Positions 39,452 to 47,575 of a stretch of DNA of 52,105 nucleotides are shown here, piece after piece. Origin of the DNA: an uncultured beta proteobacterium (GTDB taxonomy: Bacteria > Pseudomonadota > Gammaproteobacteria > Burkholderiales > Burkholderiaceae_C); NCBI GenBank assembly GCA_903845345.1, contig CAIMXF010000018.1:1-52105 (forward strand), in the 5' to 3' direction. Position numbers and translations under genes: made by a program. A model generated the notes under the pieces. That model was given only the letters and a program-made list of their open reading frames with translations. It had not been told where the DNA came from and searched no databases. The number at the start of each line of letters is the position of its first letter. The stretch's first letter is position 1.

Positions 39452-42246
39452 CGTCCGTCCTTCGCATCGGCCTCGAGGAACCTGGCCTCGAACTCGGCGG
39501 CCGGCACGGCCTTGCTGAACAGGAATCCCTGCAACTCGTCGCAGCGCAGCAATCGCAACAGCCGCGACTGATCCTCGGTCTCCACGCCCTCGGCGACGAC
39601 CTTGAGCTCGAACGAGCGTGCCAGGTCGATGATCGTCGACACCAGCGCCAGTCCCTGGCGACCCTGCGTCATGTCGACGATGAAGGAGCGGTCGATCTTG
39701 AGCGTGTCGACGGGCAGCCGCGACAGGTAGCTGAGCGACGAGAAGCCGGTGCCGAAGTCGTCGATCGCGATGGTCACGCCCATCTCGCGAATCGCGGCGA
39801 GCGTGGAGATGCTGTGGTTCACGTCCGCCATGATCAGGCTCTCCGTGATCTCGAGTTCGAGGCCCACCGCCGCTCGCCGATCGGGTCCGATCGCCTGCTC
39901 GACCTCGGCGATGAAATCCCGATGGCGCAACTGCAGCGGAGACACGTTGACGGCGATGCGCACCGCCGGCAGTCCGGCGTCGCGCCAGCGCTTGTAGTCG
40001 GCCAGGGCCTGGGCCAGCGCCCAGCGTCCGACCTCGTGGATCAATCCCGTTTCCTCCAGCACCGGGATGAACCGGCCTGGGGGAACCAGGCCCGTGCGCG
40101 GATCGTTCCAGCGGATCAGGGCTTCGGCGGCCACGAGCTTGCCGCTCACGACATTCACCTTGGGTTGGTAGTGCAACACGAACTCTTCGCGCTCGAGCGC
40201 CTGCCGAAGCTGGGTCTCGAGGGTGAGCTTGGCCGCGACCGTCGACGTCATGGCCTGCGTGTAGACCAGGATCCGCTCGCCGCTGGTCTTGGCCTTCTTG
40301 AGTGCGGCCTCGGCGTTGCGGAACAACGCGTCGGCGCTGTTGCCGTCGTCGGGAAAGGCCGCCGCGCCGACCCTCACATCGATCTTCAGGATCGAATCGT
40401 TCAGATGAAACGACTGCGCGAGCAGGTCGGCGACCAGCGTCTCCAGGATCTTGCCCAGGTCGCCGACTCGCGCGAGCCGAGGCAGTACCACGGCAAAGTG
40501 GTCGGCACCGACGCGCGCGAGCAGGTTGGCGTCGCCGGTATGCTGCGTCAACCATTGGGCCACCTGCTTGAGAAGGCTGTCGCCCATCGGCTGGCCGAAG
40601 CTGTCGTTGATGTTCTTGAACCGCTGCAGGTCGATCAGGTAGACGGCCAGCGCATGCCGCTCGACGGCCGCACCGCGCGTGTACTGGGCGACGCGCTCGA
40701 AGAAGAGGCGCCGGTTGGCGAGGCCGGTCACGGCGTCGTAGTAGGCGAGATAGTCCAGCCGCTCCTTCTTCTCGATGTTGTCGAGGGCGAAGCACAGGTC
40801 CCCGGCCAGTTCCTTGAGCAGGGCCGTCTCTTCTTCGTCGAACACGCCGACGGCGCCGGCGAACAGCGCCAGCACCGCGTCGGGGCGACCGGAGCCCGTC
40901 AGCGGGAAGCAGCCGATCGACTTGTGGCCGCGGCGCCGGAGTTCCACGCGCTCCGCGGCCGACAGGGAAAGCTCGCGCATCGTGTCGTCGCAGAGCACGG
41001 CCTGGTTGAGTCGCAGCGCGCGCGAGGCCGGCCGCTCGCTCCAGGGCGTTCCTGCGTGCGCCGTCAGTTCGATGCCGTCCACGAAGCTCGCCTGGCCACC
41101 GTGCCGGGCGACGACCTTGCCCACGCCGCTGCGCGAATCGACGACGCCGACGCAGGCCATCGCGAACCCGCCCGCATCGACGGCGATGCGGCAGGCCTGC
41201 GTGAACAACTCGTCGCGGTCGCCCACCCGAACGATCAGCGCGTTGATGGCGCTCAACATCGCATAGAGGCGGTTGAGCCGCTTGATCCTGTCATCGGACG
41301 CACGGCGTTCGGTGACGTCCGTCGCGACGCCCGCCACACGCTGGAGTTCACCGTCCTCGAGTACCGGAAACCCGCGCACTTCCACCCAGCGCACGTGTCC
41401 GTCCGGCCGGATGATGCGGACGACGAACTCGAACGCGCCCGTCGACCTGGCTTCCCGCCGCAGGCGCTTGAGGGTGGCGCGATCGTCGGGATGGACACTG
41501 TCGAACCAGGCCCGCGGATCCGCATCGGGGCGGGGACGCGCGCGTCCCCAGATCGATTCGTAGGCCGGACTCACGTAGAGCATGCGCCCCGATGCGACAT
41601 CGTGCAGGAAGAACACGTCGCTGATGCTCTCGGCCATCTGCCTGAAGCGCCGTTCGCTGTCGGCCAGGCGTGCCTCGATCTCGTGCCGCCAGGTGACGTT
41701 CAGGTGCATGACGACGGCACCGCCCAGGTGGCCCGCCGTCACCGGGGACACGGTCAGCAGGAACCAGCTTTGCGCCGTCGCCGAGTGGCAGGGATATTCG
41801 ACGGAGTAGGTTTCGAGCGCGCCGGCCAGCACCGAGCGGATGCCTTGCGCCACGTCCGAGGCCGTGCCGGCGGCTTCGCCGGTCGTGCAGTCGCAGATGT
41901 CGAGGTAGTTGAGCCCGACGCCCGCAGAGGTGTCCAGGCTGCCGCGCACCAGCCCGTAGCCCCGCCACGCGTCGTTGACCGACAGGATCCGGCCGCTGCC
42001 GTCGAGCAGCGCCACATGCGCGGGCAAGGCGTTGAGCAGATCGGCCTGCCTCGCGGCCTCGCGCCGCCGCGCATGATCCTGCGCGCCGCGCAACAGGAAC
42101 GCGGCACCGTCCTCGCCGGCCACGGCATCGACCTCTCCGGCGGTCAGGGCCTCCAGTCGCTGCACGTTCTGGTGCAACGATTCGATCAGGCCGGACAATT
42201 CGTCGTCGACCTCGACCAGCCCTGGAAACGCGCCGGATTCATCCAT
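39448..42246 (-). CDS. PAS-PAS-GAF-GGDEF(degenerate)-EAL protein, probable c-di-GMP phosphodiesterase
   Basis: Two PAS domains, GAF, YYDAVTGLANR, active-site motif reads GADHF; intact EAL (AEALIRW, VNVS, ELEITES, IDDFGTGFSSLSYL, LKIDRSF, VAEGVE, QGFLF). Confidence 0.93.
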   Translation of the reverse strand: MDESGAFPGLVEVDDELSGLIESLHQNVQRLEALTAGEVDAVAGEDGAAFLLRGAQDHARRREAARQADLLNALPAHVALLDGSGRILSVNDAWRGYGLVRGSLDTSAGVGLNYLDICDCTTGEAAGTASDVAQGIRSVLAGALETYSVEYPCHSATAQSWFLLTVSPVTAGHLGGAVVMHLNVTWRHEIEARLADSERRFRQMAESISDVFFLHDVASGRMLYVSPAYESIWGRARPRPDADPRAWFDSVHPDDRATLKRLRREARSTGAFEFVVRIIRPDGHVRWVEVRGFPVLEDGELQRVAGVATDVTERRASDDRIKRLNRLYAMLSAINALIVRVGDRDELFTQACRIAVDAGGFAMACVGVVDSRSGVGKVVARHGGQASFVDGIELTAHAGTPWSERPASRALRLNQAVLCDDTMRELSLSAAERVELRRRGHKSIGCFPLTGSGRPDAVLALFAGAVGVFDEEETALLKELAGDLCFALDNIEKKERLDYLAYYDAVTGLANRRLFFERVAQYTRGAAVERHALAVYLIDLQRFKNINDSFGQPMGDSLLKQVAQWLTQHTGDANLLARVGADHFAVVLPRLARVGDLGKILETLVADLLAQSFHLNDSILKIDVRVGAAAFPDDGNSADALFRNAEAALKKAKTSGERILVYTQAMTSTVAAKLTLETQLRQALEREEFVLHYQPKVNVVSGKLVAAEALIRWNDPRTGLVPPGRFIPVLEETGLIHEVGRWALAQALADYKRWRDAGLPAVRIAVNVSPLQLRHRDFIAEVEQAIGPDRRAAVGLELEITESLIMADVNHSISTLAAIREMGVTIAIDDFGTGFSSLSYLSRLPVDTLKIDRSFIVDMTQGRQGLALVSTIIDLARSFELKVVAEGVETEDQSRLLRLLRCDELQGFLFSKAVPAAEFEARFLEADAKDGR

Positions 42247-42529
42247 CGGTGTCTTTCAGGCCAAGGGCTCGCAGGACCAGCCGGGTCTGGCCGAGCGCGC
42301 CGACGATTCTCCGCGACGGTGCAGGCCCCAGCTTGATCAGCGTGGGCGTCATGAAGACGCCGTCGGCCAAGGCGCGGCGCGGCTCCTCGAAGACATCGAT
42401 GACGTCGATCTGGTGATGGCCCTGCAGGTGGTGGCGGCAGATCGCGTTCAGGTTGACGAGCGCCTGCGACGAGTTGAGCGCATCGCCCGCGACATACAAC
42501 CGGAACTTGTAGAGGGGCGGCCTGCTCAT
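42239..42529 (-). CDS. kaiB: KaiB-family protein
   Basis: 96 aa MSRPPLYKFRLYVAG..NSSQALVNL..IC, IDVIDV..EP..A, MTPTLIKLGPAPSRRIVG; ATGA overlap with kaiC. Confidence 0.9.
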   Translation of the reverse strand: MSRPPLYKFRLYVAGDALNSSQALVNLNAICRHHLQGHHQIDVIDVFEEPRRALADGVFMTPTLIKLGPAPSRRIVGALGQTRLVLRALGLKDTDG

Positions 42530-44250
42530 TTCAGCACCGCCTTGGAAGCGTCGGCGCCGCGAAGCTCGCGCATCCGTTGGTGACCGCGCGACAACTCGCT
42601 GGCGTGGCCGCGCGTGGTGCGCGCGAGAAGGGCCTTCTCCAATTGCTTGGCAACCAGTTCCACCTGCAGCGCCTTCATGCGCACTTCCAGCTCGGCCTCC
42701 TCGGCATCCAGCTTGACGCGGCCGAGCTCGGCGCTCGCCTCGTCGGCCTCGGCCTCGGCCGCTGCGGATCTCTCCTTGGCCCAGCGCAGCGTGCCCATCA
42801 GCACCTCGCCGTCGGCCGTGTAGGTATCGGCGAGCGTGATGCCCGAGTTGCTCAGGAGCAGCTCGCGCACCTGGTTCGAATGCGCCGTCCCGCGCGACTT
42901 GATGATGGACAGGCTGCGGTTGCGCTCGCCTGCCTGTACCAGGTAGTTCAGGTGGATCCAGGTGTCCACCACCGTCGAGATCTGCGACGGCGAACCGTTC
43001 TCCGCGGGGCCGGACATCTCGTCCAGCAGGCGCGTGCACAGCAGCGTGATGCCCTCGGACTTGGCCCAGTCGATGAGCCGTTGCGCGACGCTGTAGGTGC
43101 TCAGGTCGGTGCCCGACTTGTACCAGGTCGACACCGGATCGATGACCAGGCAGCGGGCCCGGTGCTCCTTGGCCAGCGTCTTGATCCGGACCAGATAGTT
43201 CTCCCCGCTGCCGGCGATGCTGCGGGCGGAGACCATGCGCAGGCGGCCGTTCTTCACGTGGCGCGCCAGCCGGATGTCCACGGACGCCAGGTTGCGGATG
43301 ATCTCGCCACTGTCGGAGTCGAAGCAGACGAACATCGTGCGTTCGCCGCGCGCGCACGCCGCCTCGGCGAATGCGCCGCTCAGCGTCGTCTTGGCCGTGC
43401 CGGAATAGCCCGTGATCAGGATGCTGGCGCCGCGGTAGTAGCCGCCATCGAGCATCGTGTCGAGGCGGCTCACGCCGCTGGAGATCCGCTCGGTCGGGAC
43501 GTCGGCGTCCGGCAGCCATTGCGGACGCGCCACGTCCACCTCGAAGCCGCTCGAACCGATCAGGAACGGCGACTCGTTCTCGTCGAAGCTCGATCCCCGG
43601 TACTTCTGGACGCGCAGGGTGCGTTGGGAGGCGCCCTGCACGACGCTGTGGTCCAGGATCACCGCGCAGTCGACCATGAACTGCATGAAGTGGAACTTGC
43701 CGCCCTTTTCCGCCGCCGCCTCGTCATCGCCGGACTTGAGCGTGATCAGTCCCGCCAGGCGGCGCTCGAGAAGCCATTCGTGCAGCCGGTAGATCTCGCG
43801 CCGGCGCGCCGCGGCGTCCGGCAGCAGGGCCATGACGATGTCGAGCGCGTCGAAGACGATGCGCCGGGCCCCCATGTCCGCCGCCTGGATCGCGAGCCCG
43901 GACAACATCGCGCACAGGTCGAAGTCGCCGGCATGGACGAGATCGGACGGCGGCTGGGCATCCAGAAAATACAGCCGCTTCGGCCGCAACTTTCCCAGGT
44001 TCCATCCGAAGCTCTCGGCATTGGCGATGATTCGATCGGCGCATTCCTCGAACGCGACGAAGATGCCGGGCTCCCTGCAGGCCTGCGCGCCGTGCGCGAG
44101 GAACTGGAGCGAGAAGATGGTCTTGCCGGAGCCCGGCCCGCCCATCAGCAGCGTCGTGCGTTCATGGGGAAGGCCGCCGCCGGTCATCTCGTCGAAGCCG
44201 GCGATGCCGGTCGCGGCCTTGGCCAGGGCGATCACGGGCGGCGCGCGCAC
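42526..44250 (-). CDS. kaiC: Double-domain KaiC-family ATPase with C-terminal coiled-coil extension
   Basis: CI GGPGSGKT, VAFEE, RTLRVQKYRG; CII GYSGTAKTT, QISTVVDTWI, GERNRSLSIIKSRG; helical tail. Start GTG 44250 chosen for its upstream GGAG. Confidence 0.93.
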   Translation of the reverse strand: MRAPPVIALAKAATGIAGFDEMTGGGLPHERTTLLMGGPGSGKTIFSLQFLAHGAQACREPGIFVAFEECADRIIANAESFGWNLGKLRPKRLYFLDAQPPSDLVHAGDFDLCAMLSGLAIQAADMGARRIVFDALDIVMALLPDAAARRREIYRLHEWLLERRLAGLITLKSGDDEAAAEKGGKFHFMQFMVDCAVILDHSVVQGASQRTLRVQKYRGSSFDENESPFLIGSSGFEVDVARPQWLPDADVPTERISSGVSRLDTMLDGGYYRGASILITGYSGTAKTTLSGAFAEAACARGERTMFVCFDSDSGEIIRNLASVDIRLARHVKNGRLRMVSARSIAGSGENYLVRIKTLAKEHRARCLVIDPVSTWYKSGTDLSTYSVAQRLIDWAKSEGITLLCTRLLDEMSGPAENGSPSQISTVVDTWIHLNYLVQAGERNRSLSIIKSRGTAHSNQVRELLLSNSGITLADTYTADGEVLMGTLRWAKERSAAAEAEADEASAELGRVKLDAEEAELEVRMKALQVELVAKQLEKALLARTTRGHASELSRGHQRMRELRGADASKAVLK

Positions 44251-44410
44251 GGCTCGGCTCCGCAAGGGTCGGGCAAGCCGATGCAGGGATCCGCGACCGC
44301 GAGATGCCCGGCCGATGAGCACGCTTTAGCGAGCGGGCACCCAGTGGGCGGGAAGTGATGGGACCGGATCAAGTGACGCTCCTGCCAATGGCGGCAGCGT
44401 CCTGGGATAG

Positions 44411-44528
44411 GCATCGACCCGACCGACGCAACGATCGCGACCGAATCCGGTTCGATCACGGCGTGACCTTGGTTTCTACGAACCCTTATCCTCTCATTGT
44501 TGCCTTCGGTCTGTAGGGAAAGGCCGAC
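44411..44528 (-). repeat. Copy B of the 118-bp duplicated promoter/leader element (upstream of kaiC)
   Basis: Ungapped match to 21279-21396; identical core at 44442-44475; dyad TCTGTAGG-N6-CCGACAGA at its right end. Confidence 0.9.
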
Positions 44529-44647
44529 AGAGTCCGTTCATCGCGTTCTTGCCGTCGGGCTGCTGACGGCCTTGTGTTGCTGTCCGTCGGCGCAACAGCA
44601 GCTCAGCGGCGGAGCCAGGCGATCGGTGCGCGCAGGCCGGTGGCGCG

Positions 44648-45694
44648 TCAACGCGGCAGCATCAGGCCTTCCTCGATCGCAACGCGTTCCAACGCCGATT
44701 CGAACAGGGCCCGCGCCGTGCCCGCCACCCGCCCGAGGTAGGCGTGAAGCGACGCATCGGCCGGACTCTGGTGCTCGCAATCGGCGCTGTAGGCCTCGAA
44801 GTGGGACAGCTGCATCAGCAGTTCCGCGATGTGTCGCGGACATTCGCAGGCGATCGTCGAGGAGAGGCTTGCGAAATCCGTCAGCGCGGCATCGTCGTAG
44901 CGCCGCGGCGCGACTTCTTCGGTGATCGCGGTTCCCGCGGCCGGCGGGCTGCCGGCTGGAGGATCGGCTTCCGACCCGGTGTCGGCGAGCCTTCTCAGCC
45001 AGACCGCCAGCGAGCGGTCGTCCTGGGCCTCGCGAAGCACGACGATGCCGGCGTCGCCGATCGCGTCGCATGCGGCTGTCGCGCCGAAACCGTACAGCAT
45101 GGCGCCGTGCCGGGCGCCGCACCTGGCGATGGCCGCTTCGAGCTCGGCCAGCGTGCCCGGGCCGACTTTCGGTGTCTGGAAAAGCAGCGTGTCGACCCGC
45201 TCGCCCGCGCGCATCGCGGCGACCTGGGCGAGGTCCTCGTGGACGCCGACGACGCGAATGATGCGGCCGACCCTTTGCAGCAAGGCTGGCCGCTGCAGCC
45301 GGCGAGACAGGGCCTGGCCGACGACCACGACGCGCCACGGCACGGCCCGGTCGCCTGGCCCCGAGTGGCGCAGCGTGAGCGACCTGGCGTGGGTCGATGC
45401 GACCTGGCGCAGTTCGTCTTCGTTCAGGTTCGCGATGGAGCCGATGGCATGGCCGGTGTCAGTCAATTGCTTGAGCTGCGCCAGCCGCCGCACATCGGCC
45501 GCGGAATAGAGGCGGTGGCCCGACGCCGACAAGGCCGGCTGCGCCACGCGATACCGCCGCTCCCACACGCGCAGCGTCGCGACCGGCATCTGGATCATGC
45601 GGGCCACCGCGCCGCTGCGATAGCGCGGCGTCGATTCGTCGGCGACGCCGGGAGCTGGCTTGGGGGGAGATTTCGTGGTCTGCTTGGATGGCAT
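44648..45694 (-). CDS. MerR-family regulator (CarH/MlrA-like HTH) with Cys-containing C-terminal domain
   Basis: YRSGAVARM..VATLRVWERRY..SGHRLYS; C-terminal STIACECPRHIAELL..FEAYSADC; no B12-binding ExHxxG motif seen. Confidence 0.88.
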   Translation of the reverse strand: MPSKQTTKSPPKPAPGVADESTPRYRSGAVARMIQMPVATLRVWERRYRVAQPALSASGHRLYSAADVRRLAQLKQLTDTGHAIGSIANLNEDELRQVASTHARSLTLRHSGPGDRAVPWRVVVVGQALSRRLQRPALLQRVGRIIRVVGVHEDLAQVAAMRAGERVDTLLFQTPKVGPGTLAELEAAIARCGARHGAMLYGFGATAACDAIGDAGIVVLREAQDDRSLAVWLRRLADTGSEADPPAGSPPAAGTAITEEVAPRRYDDAALTDFASLSSTIACECPRHIAELLMQLSHFEAYSADCEHQSPADASLHAYLGRVAGTARALFESALERVAIEEGLMLPR

Positions 45695-45725
45695 GACTGG
45701 CTATATGACCTGCTTTTGACTCCGA

Positions 45726-45754
45726 TTGACACGCAGAACTGTGCTGTCTATTCA
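45726..45754 (+). promoter_or_regulatory. Possible sigma70 promoter with overlapping imperfect dyad for the DCC1-photolyase cluster
   Basis: TTGACA (45726-45731), 17 bp, TATTCA; imperfect inverted repeat GACACGCAG-AA-CTGTGCTGTC across the spacer. Confidence 0.4.
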
Positions 45755-45798
45755 ACGATGCCCTCGATGCGACCCGAGTTTTGCATACATTTCGAATC

Positions 45799-46170
45799 AT
45801 GTCCTCCTCATCTCCAGCAGCCCTTACCGTCTACTTCGACGGCGCCTGCCCCGTCTGCTCGCGCGAGATCGCGCTGTATCGACGCCAGGACGGCGCGTCG
45901 GGGATCGAGTGGGTCGACGCGACGGCCTGCCCCGTGGCCACGCTTGGCGCGAACCTCAGCCGCGAGCTGGCGTTGGCACGGCTGCACGTGCGCACGCCCG
46001 ACGGGGAATTGAGGAGCGGCGCACGCGCCTTCACGACACTCTGGCGAAGCCTTCCCCGCACCGCGTTCCTCGGCAGGCTGCTCGACCATCGCCCCGTGCT
46101 GGCGATTCTCGAGGTCGGCTATCGCGTCCTCCTGGTCGTCCGGCGAACCTGGCGAAGGCCGGTCGCATGA
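45799..46170 (+). CDS. DCC1-like thiol-disulfide oxidoreductase (DUF393)
   Basis: LTVYFDGACPVCSREI (DxxCxxC), RLHVR..GELRSGARAF..LW. Confidence 0.88.
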   Translation: MSSSSPAALTVYFDGACPVCSREIALYRRQDGASGIEWVDATACPVATLGANLSRELALARLHVRTPDGELRSGARAFTTLWRSLPRTAFLGRLLDHRPVLAILEVGYRVLLVVRRTWRRPVA

Positions 46171-46333
46171 CGGCGCGCCGCTCCGGGCTCTCCGCTGCAC
46201 ACGCAGGCGGCGCGCATCGCTCGGGCATCCGATTTCTTCCACCAGACGCCGGCCGACCGGCGCGATCCCGCGCGCGGCACGAGCCCGTCGCTCACGCCAG
46301 CACGACCCGACCCACGACCACCAGGAGACCCTC

Positions 46334-46636
46334 ATGACCACGACCCGACGACTCTTCATCCTCGCCGCCGCCGCCGGCGGCACCGCGATCGCCACGGGTG
46401 CCCGCGCCCAGGCCAGGCTGGACGAGAAGGACCCGCAGGCGGTGGCGCTCGGCTATGTCGCCGACGCATCGCGCGCCGACGCCAAGAAGTACGCGAAGTA
46501 CGCACCGGGTCAGAATTGCACCAGCTGCGCGCTGTACCAGGGCAAGGCCGGCGACGCCGCGGGCAATTGCCCCTTGTACGCGGGCCGGCAGGTCAGCGCG
46601 AAGGGCTGGTGCAGCGCGTGGGCCAAGAAGGCGTGA
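46334..46636 (+). CDS. hip: High-potential iron-sulfur protein (HiPIP), Tat-exported
   Basis: AGGAG RBS; Tat TRRLF; DPQAVALGY; four Cys in NCTSCALY, GNCPLY and GWCSAW. Confidence 0.92.
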   Translation: MTTTRRLFILAAAAGGTAIATGARAQARLDEKDPQAVALGYVADASRADAKKYAKYAPGQNCTSCALYQGKAGDAAGNCPLYAGRQVSAKGWCSAWAKKA

Positions 46637-47382
46637 CGCACGAACCGGCGATCGTCGCGCTGGTCACCGGCGCGAGCGGGGGCATCGGCCGGGCGGTCGT
46701 CGAGGAGTTGCGCAAGGCGGGCCATCGCATCGTCATCGCCGGACGCGACGCCGCGACGCTGCAGGCGATCCCTGCCGACGCGCACGTGGTGGCGGACACG
46801 ACGACCCCCGAAGGCGCGGCGCTGGCCGTGGCCACGTCCGCCGAAGCGATGGGACAGCCGCCGGCCCTGCTCGCGCACTGCGTGGGCAGCACGCTCATCG
46901 CGCCGTTGCACCGCAGCGCCGACGACGACATCCGCGCCGCGCTGCGCATCAACCTCGACAGCGCGCTCTTCATGTTGCGCGCGTGGGTGCAGGCGCAACG
47001 CGATGCCGGCCAGGCCGGCGCGGCGGTGCTGATGTCCAGCGTCGTCGCGCGCATCGGCGTCGCCAACCACGAGGCGATCGCGGCGGCCAAGGGCGGCGTC
47101 GAGGCCCTCGTGCGCAGCGCCGCGGCGACGTACGCGTCCGCGCGCTTGCGCATCAACGCGGTGGCACCGGGCATGACGGACACGGCGATGACGGCGGCCA
47201 TGCTGCGGATCGACGCGGTGCGGGCCGGCGCCGGCCGCCAGTACCCGCTCGGCGGCATCCAGACGCCCGAGGAAGTGGCCGAGGTCGTGGCCTGGCTGCT
47301 GTCCAGCGGCGCCTCGCGCATCACGGGCCAGGTCATCGCGGTGGACGGCGGCTTCACGACGGTGCGCCCCATCGTCAAGTGA
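46633..47382 (+). CDS. SDR-family oxidoreductase with atypical active site
   Basis: GTGA overlap with the HiPIP stop; VTGASGGIG, RINAVAPG, ITGQVIAVDGG; HEAIAAAK in place of YxxxK. Confidence 0.88.
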   Translation: MTHEPAIVALVTGASGGIGRAVVEELRKAGHRIVIAGRDAATLQAIPADAHVVADTTTPEGAALAVATSAEAMGQPPALLAHCVGSTLIAPLHRSADDDIRAALRINLDSALFMLRAWVQAQRDAGQAGAAVLMSSVVARIGVANHEAIAAAKGGVEALVRSAAATYASARLRINAVAPGMTDTAMTAAMLRIDAVRAGAGRQYPLGGIQTPEEVAEVVAWLLSSGASRITGQVIAVDGGFTTVRPIVK

Positions 47383-47392
47383 AGGTGCTGCC

Positions 47393-47575
47393 ATGTCGTC
47401 GCTGGAATCCGGCAGGAACCGCGCGCCGCGCGCGAAGGGACTGAAGGCGCGCCTGCCCAGCAAGCCCTGCGTCGCCTGCGGACGTCCGATGGGCTGGCGC
47501 CGCGCCTGGGCGAAGAACTGGGAGCAGGTGCGCTACTGCTCCGAGGCCTGCCGCCGCCGCAAGGCCGGCCCATGA
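47393..47575 (+). CDS. DUF2256 family small Cys-rich protein
   Basis: LPSKPCVACGRPMGWRRAWAKNWEQVRYCSEACRRR. Confidence 0.88.
   Translation: MSSLESGRNRAPRAKGLKARLPSKPCVACGRPMGWRRAWAKNWEQVRYCSEACRRRKAGP

Noticed and set aside
38549-40795. 748-aa ORF suggesting a long N-terminal extension or frameshift fusion on the transposase-like protein
   Set aside because: The upstream part is an alternate frame of the GGDEF/EAL gene; the ATGA overlap at 39451 explains the start and I saw no slippery site.
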